NCBI GenBank assembly: GCA_036172245.1
Contig: JAYWIR010000008.1
Location: forward strand, 1,674,001 to 1,738,000
DNA: 64,000 nt
Origin: Raillietiella orientalis
Lineage: Eukaryota
Direction of reading: 5' to 3'
A program made the position numbers and the translations under genes. Below the pieces are notes generated by a model. It did no database searches. It saw nothing but the letters and a program-made list of their open reading frames with translations, and had not been told where the DNA came from. The stretch's first letter is position 1, and each line of letters opens with the position of its first letter. Positions 10,958-23,775 of this stretch are shown here, in pieces.

Positions 10958-12243
10958 CGGTGCTTGAAATGGGCACGAACGCAAAGCCCAAATCGTGCCG
11001 AATCGGGCGGTCTGCGAGCGCGTGCGAGGGAACAGATCAAAGAGAGGGTGCCTCCCGCCCGACCTACCCTGCAAGACCGGAACATCCGCCGTGGGCAGTT
11101 GCTCCGAACCGTCAAAGACCCCCCGGACACGGCGGCGCGATCCCGCGCCATGCCGCGCTCTCTGGCGAACAGCCGGCTGCGGAAAGCAGCTCCAGAAGCC
11201 GAGGACCCGCCCAACTCGGCATCCGCAGAGAGCAGCGGGTGGTGCAGCCGGGGATGCCTGCGGACGGCGGGAAGGCAGTCGAGAGGAAGCGCGACGGACG
11301 TTCGGGAGAACGGCAGCTTCGTGGAAAACTCGGAAGGAGAAGACGGTCCACCGCGAAGACCTCCCCTCGCCTCCAAGGTGCAAGGTCGGACTTGCGACCC
11401 GAGCCTGGTCCGGAATGGCCTGGAAGAAGCCTTCCGAGCCCTCCGGATCTCTCGGACAAGGTCGTGAGCACCCCCAAGAGGCGAGCGAGCCGTCCGCGTC
11501 CAGCAGCCCCGACTGGTGCAGCCCCGAGGCTTCGGAAGCGGCGTCGAGCCGGCAGCCACCCCACGCCCGCCGCCAGACGCACCGAGCGGAGAAAGTGCGC
11601 CAGCCACCGAGGTCGCAGGAGAGTTCCTTCCCTTCGCCATCTCCTTCGACCCTTCGCGCGGAATCGCCGTCGGGCTTGGCTTGGCGTCCCCTCGCACCCC
11701 TCGTCGGTGTGCGTGTGCCGGACGGCGCAGCTCCCCGAAATCGCCGCATCGAAGTCGAAGAGGAGCGAGGAGGCTGCGGCGTTCACCTTTTGGTCGGATT
11801 GAGTTTTGCTCGCGCAGCTTTTCCAGCGCGGATGCAGGATTCCCGATCGGAGATCCTGGACCGCAGTTTCCGCTGCGGCGAGCGCCTCTCGAATCCCATC
11901 CTGGCAAAGCCAGGAACCTTCGGATTGCTCGTGCTGATGTCGCGCATCCTGTTCTCCCGTTTCCGTCCTTGCGACCTTCTCGGCGTCGAAAAGGGAGTTT
12001 GCTTCGGCCTCTGCGGTCTCTTCGGCCGCCAGGTTCGCTCCCTCATCCCGAATGAACAGCCGTGCAGTCGATCGCTTCCGGATCTTCTGAGCACCGGGAC
12101 CGCAAAGAAAGGAAGAGAGAGGGGAACGGGTCATTTTGCATTCTCGAGGAGGAACCGCGTCTTCCTGGAGTTTCCCCGTTAGGCAAACATCCGCTGTCTA
12201 CGCGCTCCGGGAGCTTTTCGCTCTCACAAGGCCACAGGAAAAA
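10958..12243 (+). repeat. 1286-bp inverted repeat, left copy
   Basis: Reverse complement of 23776-25061 with no indels (coordinate sum 36019 throughout; ORF 11112..12134- mirrors 23885..24907+). About 6 substitutions seen. Confidence 0.99.
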
Positions 12244-15200
12244 GTAGACCGAATATGGGACCGGGAATCGGTCAATCAGCTCTTCTCAAATTGTAGCCGA
12301 AAGTGGAAAGGAAGAGGAGCGGGAAGATGCTGTTTCAGGTGTGACAGTAGGGCTAAGGGCAACGGACGAGGGACCACTGGCGATCCTAAAGGCTTGCTCG
12401 CGCGAGCCCAGCAGCTCGTGGCGGTTCCTTCGAGAGAAAGAAAAGAGTGGGAATCGCGTTGTTTACCGAAGAGCACCTGAAGATTGCTAGACAAAGACTT
12501 GTCCGTTGCCATAGAGGGTAGGAAAAAAAATACTCGAATTGCAATCTCTTGGGGTGGAGCTGCAGACGTGTTCAAGCCAAAAACCTGAGGTGCTAAGGAA
12601 TCCTGGTATTTCCGGGAAAGTGACAGGCACACCGAAGACACTCTCCTCCCGTGAGGGATCGTGATTTGGATCAATCGTTCTTCCACCGGTGTGCATGGGG
12701 TCAGGGATGATGACGCTAAGCATCTCCGGAGCTCTTCTTTCCCGAGCACCGTTCCTGTCAGTCCTTGACCTTTCTCCATTAGCATGAAGGATGGGCGCCG
12801 CATCACTTTCCGGTTCGCCGCCCGCAAGGACGTGGTCCGCCGCGCCTCCCTGGCGCTTCCTGGCTCCCTTTAGTTTCGAAGAGAAGGCACCTTGACACAC
12901 GCCGGGAATGACTCGCGCTCCACTGGTCGGAGCAACCGTCTGTCGGACAGCTGACAGAATGCAGCCGAGTAGAACTGCGGCAGCTGCAGAGAGCGACTGA
13001 GAAGTTTCTGCAGTCTTCGGGGAACCGGGAAGCCAGGAAGAAGGAGAGGGGAAAAAAAAATTCCTCTCTGAATTTCCTTCTCGGGACTCGAAAGGCCCCG
13101 GCTGCCCCTCCCCCTCCGGGAGCTTTCCGGCAACAACATGTCGCTTCCCTGAGGTTGCTCGTTTGAGAGCATCCCCAGGGGAGCGGCTCCGACGCGCGAG
13201 GCCGCCACGCCGCAGGGTTGCGAGAATCCCACGCCGGCAAGCGAGGGGTGGGTGGCAGGCGAAGAGATCCCTGGTTTGTTGGAGGGGCGTCCTCGCCCGC
13301 TGGAGCAACCGGCTGGGGCAAGTCCGGTTTCATTCGTCTTCATCGCTCCGGAGTACTGCATTCCCTGAGGCAGCCGTGCTAGCTAGACACTCAGAGTGTG
13401 GCTCCAAAGGCGACGATTCCTCGCGCTTCGCCGTCCCCCTCTCCGCCTGCTCCCGTGTTCGCGATCCACCCCGTCTCCCAAATCGCAGAGGCCGCCCATT
13501 TTTTCCCGGATGTGGGATTCCGCCCACGTGTGATCCTTCAATGCCTGAGATGATGGCATCGCTCACTCTCCTCTCCTCCTCCAAGCAAAGAGCCGGGGTG
13601 GTTGCTCGGAACGTCTGCTTCCCAAAGGCATGTCTTCCTGTTTGCAATGCTCACTACACCACGTGCATCCCATGACTCCCAGACCTCCTACTCCCCATCC
13701 CCTGAGTGAGTCCTGGCATGCAGTGCATCTGTGCCCGAGCCAACCCAGCATCCGCCCAATGCGTCTCGGGCACCAGAGTAAAGAGCCTGCAGACTTTTCC
13801 GGAGAACGCCGCGCTTCCTCTGGATGCAATGATAGCCCCCCCTTTTCGTCTCCGGCTCGCGCTTCCAGCGTGCAATATAGTTCGTTGCTACAGGGGGGAA
13901 GCTGGATGCTGCCGAGAAGAGCACAGGGGCGTGAATGACCTTTAATCAGCCCCCCTTGGGAAAGGAAGAGGCTGATTTTTACCTGCGTCGCGTGGGAGAG
14001 GAGCCGGTGTGCTCCACTTCTCCAAGAGAAAAACCGGGGCTAGACGCAGCTGCCGCGCAGGGGCCAGGCGCACGGAAAAGGCAGATTCCTCTCCTCCTAC
14101 CTCCCAGGCTGGTGTAGGGAGCTCCTCAGTGGTGCAAGGGAGGTTCCCTCCGTCCTCTCGCGCATGCACCGGGAATCGTCAGCTCAGGAGAAGGGCCGGC
14201 GCCCTCCTGGCAGCCTGCGGCGCGATCATGAGCAAAAAAAAGGGGGTTGGACTTCTCTGGGACCTGCTTGTGCTGCCGAGAATGGGGGTTCTGCCATCTG
14301 GGGGTCACGCGCGTGCCCTGCTCTTTGCACACGCTGCTACTCTCGGGTATAGAGCGGCCCATGCAGGAGAATCTTCTCCAGGAAGCAGATGCTTCATCCA
14401 CCACCCAATGTCATCTGGAATGACCGAAGCGTCTTCCCGCGAAAGTCCAGTGACGTTTCAAAAGGCGGATGTTTCGTTGACCTCTCCAGAGCGAAGGCCC
14501 TTTCGACCGCTGGCCAGTCCATGTATAATGAGCTGGCGGCTTCCCTCAAGGAGTCGGAGAGGAAAAAAAGACAGCGCTAAGCAAGGGGATCGAGGAGCGA
14601 TTCTTCGGAGTGGGCGGAGAAAACTGTATCCTGGGTCGGTTCCCTTCCTCCTTTCCCAAAAAACGTCCGGGAGAGGGATTGTACTGCTCTCTGGACTCGC
14701 GGACCGGTCGCACGCGCACCAGTCCAGGGTTGTCGGAAGAGCAAACACGCGCTCGCATGTGAATTTCTGTTATTTATTTATTTTCACATACAATTAATTT
14801 GTGTTTCCATTTCATCTTATCTTTTACTTGACGAACAGGGCGCGCAGCCTCCTGTTCGCAGAGTACAGCCCGCACGAATCGCAAGCACCGTCTGGTAGCT
14901 CAAACAGGAGGCAGGGACTCGTGGAAAGAGGAGAGATTTCCCTTGCGCACCTCCTCTTTCCTTCCCAGCCCTCTTGCCTCAGCGCTGCCCTCCTTAATAT
15001 AGACAGGTGTCAGCGGCCAACCGGCAAGGTGGGGCGTCACCTGCAGCATTTCAGCCCCAAAGGGAAAGGGGAACTTCTTGGTGAACTCAAGATTGAAGTC
15101 AACGGACGTTGCGACCTCGAGTGCTCCACCCAAAGGACTTCTCCTCAGGGCAGAGCATCTGAGAGCCCCCAACGAAGTGATCCATTGCCTGTGGTACTTA

Positions 15201-16628
15201 CGCGCAGCTTCACCCTCCTCTTAGAGTGGAAGGAATCGGAGCTCCTTATGTTGCACTGCAGTCTTCCATGCAGCGGCCTCCGGCTCCATTTTCACCCGGT
15301 TGCGCTGGGCGTTTCTTTTCCAAAAAGGGAAAAAGGAAAACAAAAGGCCATGCGGATTGGTAGATCCACTGGTTTTTGAGAAATTCAGGGGAGGAACGAA
15401 AAAAGAAAGGAAAACCACCGACTTCGAGACCAGCTGCGCAGAAGGGCAAGAAGAGTGTAGGAGAGGAGACAATAAATACATAAATAAATAGAAAGAGGGG
15501 AAGGACAGAGCTCATGGATCACACCCGTTGCGTATTCTGTAACCCGCGTGCGGTGCAGGAGCTTTCCTCCTCTGGCATCCTTCAAAGGTCACTTGACCAC
15601 ATGCCTCATTGCTGCGGAGTTGAATGCCTGCTGGGAAGGAGGACCATTTCCTGGTGACACTCCCCCCTCCCTTGGTGTTCTGGGAGGTCACGATCCTCCT
15701 GGAGCAGCACAAGATTGGGGAAGCAGGGGAAAGCCCGTCCCACGTGAAGCAGCGCCGCAGCAGCTCTTGCAGGGTGTCTGCTCTTCCGGAACGAAGTAGA
15801 GCAGCTGCGAAGCGTTTCCATGCTTTCCGAAGGTCACCGCATTCAGGCAGCAGGTGCGTTGGGTGTGTCCAGTTGCCTGCAGCCGGTGCAGTTTGGGGCG
15901 GCGCTCCCCGTCGTCCAGAGATGCAGCCGATGGCTATGCAGGAAGCCCCATCGCAAGAATAGCAAAGACTCTTCGCGCTGCCGCCTGAGGGAGAGTACGA
16001 CGCTGTCCAGAGAGGTCACAATCTCCGACGGCGAAATGTCTGGATACTTGCCCAGCAAAACAGCTGTCTTTAACTGGGCGCTGGTGCCAGTGGGTCAGCC
16101 AACTGGCCCTTTCCCCACTGCCTGACCAATTTCGTCGCTCCCACCACGAGATCTCCCACCCTGACGGTTGGCAACAGCCGTTTCACTCCCGCAGAGAGGA
16201 CAGCCCTTCGGCCAGAGGGGTGCTCTAGGTTCTTTCCGCTTCCTCCAGGGGGACTGCCCACAGGTTGTGGACGGGAATCTATCGAGGTTGCGCCTGAGTG
16301 CCTGATGCTTATCTAGGTGCCCGCTGCCTTCTACCTCCAAGCGTTGCTTGTGGGAAGGCAGGAGGTTGACTGATGTTCTCCCTGCAGGGCAGAGATCTGT
16401 CTCAGTGGGAATTCATGTGGTCCCGGTCACCAAGTGGCAATGACTCCATACCCTCGCAACTCGCGGCGTGCACCTCAGGATTTCGAGCGCAGGCAGGCAC
16501 CGATACCGCATCCAGTCCTCGGCCGTCACGGCCATCATCCTTAACTGGAGCTGCAGCTCCATCTTCTTTAAGGAGAGGACGCCGAGTCCTAAATCCCTTC
16601 GTGGTGCGACAAGGTCTTTGAGACCAGA

Positions 16629-16671
16629 CCTTTGCCTTCACGGTGCCCTCAGGGCACCGTGAAGGCAAAGG
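16629..16671. other. perfect palindrome, 21-bp arms, 1-nt centre
   Basis: CCTTTGCCTTCACGGTGCCCT-C-AGGGCACCGTGAAGGCAAAGG. Confidence 0.98.
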
Positions 16672-17631
16672 CCGTCCATCTTGCGCTCCGCCTCGTATGG
16701 CGAGGGCGAAGCTCGAAAAAAGGGGCAGGGGAGGAGGACCACGCAAATGTCCCAGATGGAGGTCCGTCCCTACAAGAGAAACCTGCCGTCTTGAAACGGT
16801 ACCAGAGCCACCTCTGCCTTCTGGAGGAAGCCGGACGAAACTTCTACAGGACGGAAGTCTCCCAAGGGCACACCAAGGCATATGTGATGATGCCGGTAGG
16901 CATCATGAAACCAGAGGGAGGGTGGGTCCCAACTATGGAAGGGTAGGAGGGAAGCGAACCTGCTTGTGGACTTGCTTCCCGGCCGCTTTGGGAACTCCTT
17001 GGAAAGGTCCTCCGGCTCCCGGTGGACAACTCCTGGGACGCATAGAAACGCCTCTTCCTGCGTGCTGCACTGCCTCCAGCCGCGTCCTTAGCAGTGGTTT
17101 GCCGCCGCCTCGGGATAGTGGCGTCTTGAAGCGCTTCCTGAAGAGGTCGGAACGAGAGGGGAGCCACCCACTGGACGTAACTCTTGGTGAGAGGCTGCAA
17201 CAAGATGTCTCCATATGAATTCTTGACAGGATGCAGAGAACCCTCCGCAGCGGAGACAGTCAGTCATCCCTTCCCAAACCACTCTACTCCCCCTCCTCCC
17301 CCCTTCACAAGTTTTCATATTTCCTTTTATTTATCTTCCCTTTTTATTTTCGTCTGTCCCCTCCCCTTTGTCGCCGAGGAGGATCTTCCCAGTCTGTGTG
17401 TCGATTTCCCGGTTCATCTCCAGCTGAATGTGGGTCGTGGTGGGACTCGCACCCCTGTCACTGATTCTTCCTGTAGGTTTACCGATTTTGATGAACGCAC
17501 CCGCACAACCGGCCGATGAATCTCCTTATCTCCTTCCTTACCGAGCAAGCCGGTTGCCCAGGCATCGGAGCGAGCGCACACGAAGCTCCCTGTTGACCCA
17601 AACGTGAATGCCGAGAGCGACATCGTGGCGT

Positions 17632-17655
17632 GGGGAAGGGGAAGGGGAGAGGGGG
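17632..17655 (+). other. canonical G-quadruplex-forming motif
   Basis: GGGG-AA-GGGG-AA-GGGG-AGA-GGGGG; sequence motif only. Confidence 0.6.
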
Positions 17656-18520
17656 AGAAGGAACGCTCCGTTTTTCGGACGAGTGGAAACGCGGCTGCAG
17701 AGGCATCTGCTCCTTCCGCATCCTTTCGGATCTTCAGAGGGCCCGAGATCCCGATTTTCGTTCGGAATCGTCTTCCTTGAGGACTGCTAAGAGCGGACTG
17801 AGTCCGCTCCTGCATGCCAAACGCCCCTGAGGATAAATGCGGATCCAGTGGGGAGCGGCTCCCATTTTCGCGCTGCTTCGAAAGCGCTGCTGCAAATAGG
17901 CCCAGGTTTCCTCCTTTTTTACCTTCTTCTGCCTTGACCGTGAGGTCAGCTCACTTGTTCCAAAGTCGTTGCCGTGCTGCAGAGGGTGCTCCGCATCACT
18001 GGGTGCAGGAGACGCCGTTCCCAAGGCTTCATTCGGCTAATGTGAAGATGCGGAAGCGACGGAAAGCAACAGTAATGGATCTCGAATTCCTCTTCTCACC
18101 TTGTTTCTGGAACACTTTCACGTTGTCCCGTCACTTGGAGCCCGAAGCACTTTCGTCCGAGAAGGCGTGCGAGACCGGCCATTTTTTTTTCCTCTTCAAG
18201 ACTCCAAGAAATCTTTCCGGGGGCGCAACTGGAGAACGTGCGCTTGCGTAGTTCAGATCAGGACCCGTGATCTTCCTCTCAAAAGCGCTCACCTCCACCT
18301 CCGCCACGATCCGGGCGGAAGGCGGCGGCTCCAGCCAAACTCGCGCCCCAGACCTTCCGTGACCACCGCCGTTTCCATCGAACCTACCGTCCTCCGCCGA
18401 CGGAGCACCGGAAGGCAGGACGGCTATGCTTTCGGCAGCAGGGAGCAGACCCCGCCCATCTTTAGGGACGGCCTGCTTCGGTGGGGCAGCTGCCGCAGTC
18501 TCCTGCTGGTGACGGACGCC

Positions 18521-18691
18521 TTCCCAAGGGTCTCACCAGGCGCCGTGACCCAAGTTTTGGTTCATGAGGCGCTGCCATCCCTGAGTACGAGAAGTAGCCC
18601 ACCGAGTACTCGTGAAAAAGGGTTTCGGGGTTCATCGGGATTCTCTCCGGCCGCTCTTCTCGAATAGAAGATCTTGCTTTAGCCTCAGAAG
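18521..18691 (+). repeat. ~170-bp inverted repeat, left copy (nested inside the 1286-bp pair)
   Basis: GCCGTGACCCAAGTTTTGGTTCATGAGGCG, CCACCGAGTACTCGTGAAAAAGGGTTTCGG and GCTCTTCTCGAATAGAAGATC are shared with the reverse complement of 21041-21207. Confidence 0.95.
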
Positions 18692-21040
18692 TCGATTCGA
18701 GCTGGATTTATCACACCTTGGGGATTGGGCGTTTCCATGGAGTATCCTGCGGTTTTCTCCATCCCTTCCTTCCATTTGCAATGCAATCAGGTATTTTCCT
18801 CGCTCCTGGGAGCACTACGAAGCGCTCTGACCTCGCCTCTTTCTCTCCTCAACCTCCGGTGGCTGATTCGCCTCGCTCTCCAGAGCTTCCCTCCCGAATC
18901 TGGGATACCTGCTTACGTGTGCTGCGTCGGAGGAAACGCTCGGCAGAGTTCTCCTGCACCTCCCGAGAGCCGGAGCAGCGCAGCCCTTGCTTTTTTGGAG
19001 AGCAGCAATTCAGCATGCCAGGAGTTCTTCTTGTGAGTGACTCCACCGGCTCATCGCTCGGCTTGGAGGTGACGAGGCTGTCCTCGCCGCTAGGTGCTTC
19101 TCAATTGCCGGATCCACCAAAACCACCTTAGGCGTTCCGGATGCCGAGAGGTGCTCCCTCGGAGCTCACCCAGCAAAGGCGGACGGGACCTGGAACCTCG
19201 CCGCTCTCACGCGACCCTCCTAGCCGGGGGCGCACATCACTGGCTTACCCTTCGATCCCGCCGATTCACGAGCCGCATCACACAGTATCTTCCTTCAAGC
19301 TATTTCCCGGCTTTCTCTCCCGAATCCTCAGCTTGAGCGGCCTGGGAACTTCTCAGCAGTGTGATCTCGCGAGGATCTCAGAGGAGTGGCTCATCCAAGT
19401 CCTCGGTTCCTCAACCACGGGCAGACCTGCGTCTCGCAACCAGATTGGTTTGTGACTCCCGGTGGAAGCTCACACTCCGCTCAGCCCAGCGTGATGCACG
19501 CTCGTGTCACGTGCTGGAGCGGATCGGACGCAGATGCTCTGCGCGCCGACCCTCGCGAGGAGAGGCTGATCTGGAGATGAGCAAGAAGAACCCCGTTCAG
19601 CTGAGCCCATGAACGTTTTCTGGGATTCTTCCGGGCAAAAAGTGCCGGTTCTAGTATAAGAGCCTCATGAGCACCTGCGTCCGGGACGGGAAGAGGCAGG
19701 AGGATCCGGAGCTTCGGTGTGGAAGACAGAAACATGCTGCGATCCATGCGGTTCGTCGGAGCACACTATCCTCCTCCGTGAGATTTCGTGTGTTAGCGAT
19801 GGACCTTGAGTTCTCGAAGTTTCTTCCTTGCCCGCAGATTCCGGGCGTGCCAGAATCCTCCTAGGCCACCACGACGGCTAGCTGAGGGTCACCAATTCCC
19901 ACTGCTGCTTCCTTGCCTTTTCAATTTGGTGTGCTGGATGCCATCACGTCTCTTAGCGACGAGACCAGAATTTCGCACGCAGTTCGTGAGGAACCCTGGT
20001 CCCCTTGATTAGCAGTGCAAGGGCAGTGACTCTTCCCCTGCACACCACGCGTCTCCCGCACTCGAACCCTCCACTGTTTCTTTGCGAGCGCCGCCCTCAG
20101 GGTGCGGAGATCAGGAAGAGATGACCACAGGAGGTCGCGCAGCCGCCGCCGAAAGAAAAATGGCTGGGCGCTTAGCCCGCCGCCTCCCTGCACTCGGCCA
20201 AGAGTGCGCCGTGGGTCCATCTGCGCCTCCCGCTGCGGTCGATTGAGAGCTCCCCCAATCCCTGCTTCGGACTTCGTCCCTTCGGAGGTCAAGAGCGCTT
20301 GCACGTGCGACCGGCGGTTTTGAACTCCTGCCATCCGAATATTTACCTACATGGACATGTCAAACCGTTGCTGCGCAGATGCAGGACAAGAAGTGGGTTT
20401 TTTTTTTTCGTGGAAACCTCCCTTCGGGGTTCCAGGACCAGGCAAAGGATGGCGAAGGACATCCACATCCGAAGCCCAGAGAAGCAAAAATTTTCAGAGT
20501 TTAAAAAGTTGCGGGCCGGAAGCACTCGACAGCACTGAGGTACGACTGTCATACCTCTTCTCTGTAACTTCAAAGATCCGTTTCCGACAACATCCTCGTT
20601 CATCCCAAATCTCAGTTCTGCGGATGGGATCACTTTCGAAGAGCCCTCAGAGCTCGATTTCCGCGACCTGCGTTTCTCTCTGAAGCGGAGGCAAAAGATG
20701 TGCATCTTTCCTCAAGGCGGCGGCTGACGAGCGGCGAATCTCCCGCTTTCCAGCATGGCTTCCCGGTGGGTGAGAAGTTCCAGACAGTCTCGCGCGTACT
20801 GAAGAAGGTGAAAACTCCCACGCGACGGAAGATCGCAAATTGTATTTCCTTCCATCGGCTCTGGAGCAGCTTTCTCCGACGGCTCCTCGGGTGGCCTCTG
20901 GTGGCGTCGCACACCCGGAGGATTGGCAACGGCAAACCATTGGACTCTCCCCGTAGCTCAGACGGACATGCCAGAGGTCACTTTCTGCCCCCTCATTCGA
21001 CTGCCAGCCTCTGTGGTATCACCTTTGTCTAATCTTTCCT

Positions 21041-21207
21041 CTTCTGAGGCTCGGGAAGGATCTTCTATTCGAGAAGAGCAGCCGGAGAGAACCCGATGAA
21101 CTCCGAAACCCTTTTTCACGAGTACTCGGTGGACCACTTGTTTGCAGGAATGGCGACGCCTCATGAACCAAAACTTGGGTCACGGCACCCGGCTCGACCC
21201 TTGGGAA
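21041..21207 (-). repeat. ~170-bp inverted repeat, right copy
   Basis: Partner of 18521-18691, roughly 80-85% identical with small indels. Confidence 0.95.
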
Positions 21208-23775
21208 TGTTCTTGGGAAGTTGTATCGAGAAGAAAGTCTTCGGAGCTCTGTTGACTTTGAGGTGCTTTGGATTGTAATGTTAGATTGTATTCGCAAGGT
21301 TCAGCATCAAAGAGTACCGAGCATCCTTCGCCGTGAGAGGAGTTTGAACATGAAATGATCAGTAGAAAATTTGATCTCAGGGGTGCTACAGAAGCCTTCA
21401 GGGTGGCGCCACTCAAGGGTGCTGGTGCGAACGGCATGAAGCCTTTTCCAATCACACCACCGTGAGCGAACGGTTCGAAGTGGAGCGTCCCCTATGAGCT
21501 GCTCTATGCTGCAGGACTGTCGCCGTGGGCGCCAGGAAGCTGAGGCCTTCCAGTTTGCTCTCCGTCCTCGAAGAAGCACGCGTTTCATCCTTCCTCTCCT
21601 ATCTGTTACTATGGATTCTTCAATCTTCAGGAGAAAACATCAGGGGGACTTCTAAGACAGTGCAGGGAGGGCAGTGTGAAGCTTGGAAATAAGGTGAGCA
21701 GGACAAAAGAATTAGTGGTTCCCCTGCAGCTGCATTATCCAAGAATCTCTTGAGAGTGGCTCCCGCGTGAAGCTGAGTCCACCGCATTCGTCTGAGGTCC
21801 CACGGACTCTGTGCCCCTGCTACTCTCCAGCCACTTCATCCGGTGGAGCTGCTGGTACGTGCGTCCTTGATCTTCACTTGTTCCACCAACCCCTCGCCAT
21901 GCAAATCTGGTCCTGCACCGATCGCTCCAGTGCAAACATCGCTCCTGTGGGAAATGAGTTTCCTGGCGAGGATGTCACCTCTTGGTTTCGTTGCAGCGAT
22001 GTTCGGAAGACTCGAAGATGTACGGACAGGCGGATACAGTGAGGATTCTGAACCAGAGAAAACTTCCAATCCCAGACCGCCCAGCAATTTGTTCAAAATA
22101 GATGGACCAGCTCCGCGAGAGTTTAGGGATGTATGGGGACAAGGAGGAGGAGGAGAGGGAGGGGAATTTCGTTCGGCGTTCCCCTCATCTGCTGGTTGCA
22201 TCCTCGCATTTCAAGTTTCTTCAAGAAGGGAATTCGGTTCGCTCATTCAAGTCCCATCCTTCTTCTTCTAAATGCATCCGGTCTAATTCCCGCGTAGTAG
22301 GATCGGGGAGGCATCCCAGTGAGAGCAGACAAGATGAAGATTGAGACGATGACAAAGAATCCGACATCTGCATATTCGAAGCGAAAGGATCCAAACTTCA
22401 TTGGAAGCAGAACTAGGTAGGAAGTGGAGGTCGAGGAGGGAGCGCATAGATAAATGAGGAGCAGAATGTACCAATCTCAGCGTGATGAACACGCCTGGGT
22501 GAAAAGGAACGGGAGCATTATCACTGGTTTCCATTTAGCGTGACAGCACTGGTCCTGAGGCTGCCTCATGCTTTGCGTATCTCAGCTAGGGTCCTTGCCG
22601 TCACACCCGGCATGGGTACAGTCGCCGTCTAGGACGGTGGCTGCGCCTTTCTTCTCCTTTGACTATCGCCTGCGCTCTCCAGGGGAAGAGAGAGGTCGGA
22701 GAGGCGGACCTCCGTCTGAGTATGCTTAAGGGCGTCATGGTGGAATTCAGCCTCCCCCTGCGATGCGTATCCATCGCTGCCGCAGCCAACAGCCTTTCGA
22801 AATTTCCTTAGGGGGAACCTTCCGCAGGGGTTCCTTCCCTCCAGGTCGTGCTGACATTGCTCGTTTCAAGGGAAGCCCCATGAGCCAGTAGCAAGGCGGA
22901 GATGTTCTGGTAGCTCAAAGGGAGGGGACGGAGGCGTAGACCAGGAAGCACAGGATTTCGAAGTTCCCTCGAGGGATTTTAAGACGCAGCGGCTTCCCAA
23001 ACAAAGCCCTTCCCAGGATCGCTCAACGCGATTATTGACGTGAACTTTGGAACGCATTCGGATGCTCAGGAGTCCCGGATACAGCTGGACTTCATTTCAG
23101 GAGAATTCCATTCTGCGAACGCAATTCACCACGCCATCATCTTCAACTCAACTCCTTCCCGATGAGCTTCAAATGCGGAAGTTTTTCGACATGAGACGGT
23201 GCGCTTAGAACTCTGGGAACTCAAAGATCAAAGTAGCATCCGCTTAGAAGAGGTGCAAAGGGTGCGGAGCGTCGTGAAAAAACCACTCCCCGAGTCCCAC
23301 ATAGCGAGCCGGAAGGTAAGCTTCGAGTTAACGAAAGATATTCAAAGATATCCAACCACACCCTCGTACTTCACCCGTCCGCGGCATACAGCCTCACCCA
23401 CGTCAACAGTCTCGAAGGAAAAACTCGTTGCATCCTGTTGCCACGCTGCAAGACACGTCCCTCTCATTTCACATGCTGAGAGCGATTCCGCGCCCACAGA
23501 GGAAACGTGGTCCACGACAGAATCCAACTTCCGGATGGAGCCCCTTCCTGCTTCGGAGAAGAACATCCACGAGCTGCGATACGGAAACGAGAATCAGATG
23601 TTTGCACGACAAATGAAGACGGCTCTCTCGTCGTCAATCGTTGCAGCTCGCTCAGGTAGTAACTGCGGTCTCGGTGGTCAGTGGTGATCCAGCGAGCGGG
23701 CAGCTCCTTGCTACGAGAAACGTCTCCCTCTTCGCAAGCCTTTTGTCCCTTTCACTGCATTCAGTATCCGATCTT

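Noticed and set aside
10730..12182. ORFs of 245-395 aa in all six frames of the 1286-bp repeat (mirrored at 23.9-25.2 kb)
   Set aside because: Very GC-rich and stop-poor in every frame, with Arg/Pro/Ser/Gly-rich translations and no domain. No frame can be singled out.
16810..16910. Faint similarity to 63140-63240 and ~55420-55450 (CACCAAG…ATSCCGGTAGG; M/I-PVG peptides)
   Set aside because: Too short and gapped to distinguish from chance by eye.
17791..17809. Short palindromes (9-bp arms here and at 37327-37346; 14-mers at 10622-10635 and 56882-56895)
   Set aside because: Individually within the range expected by chance in 64 kb.
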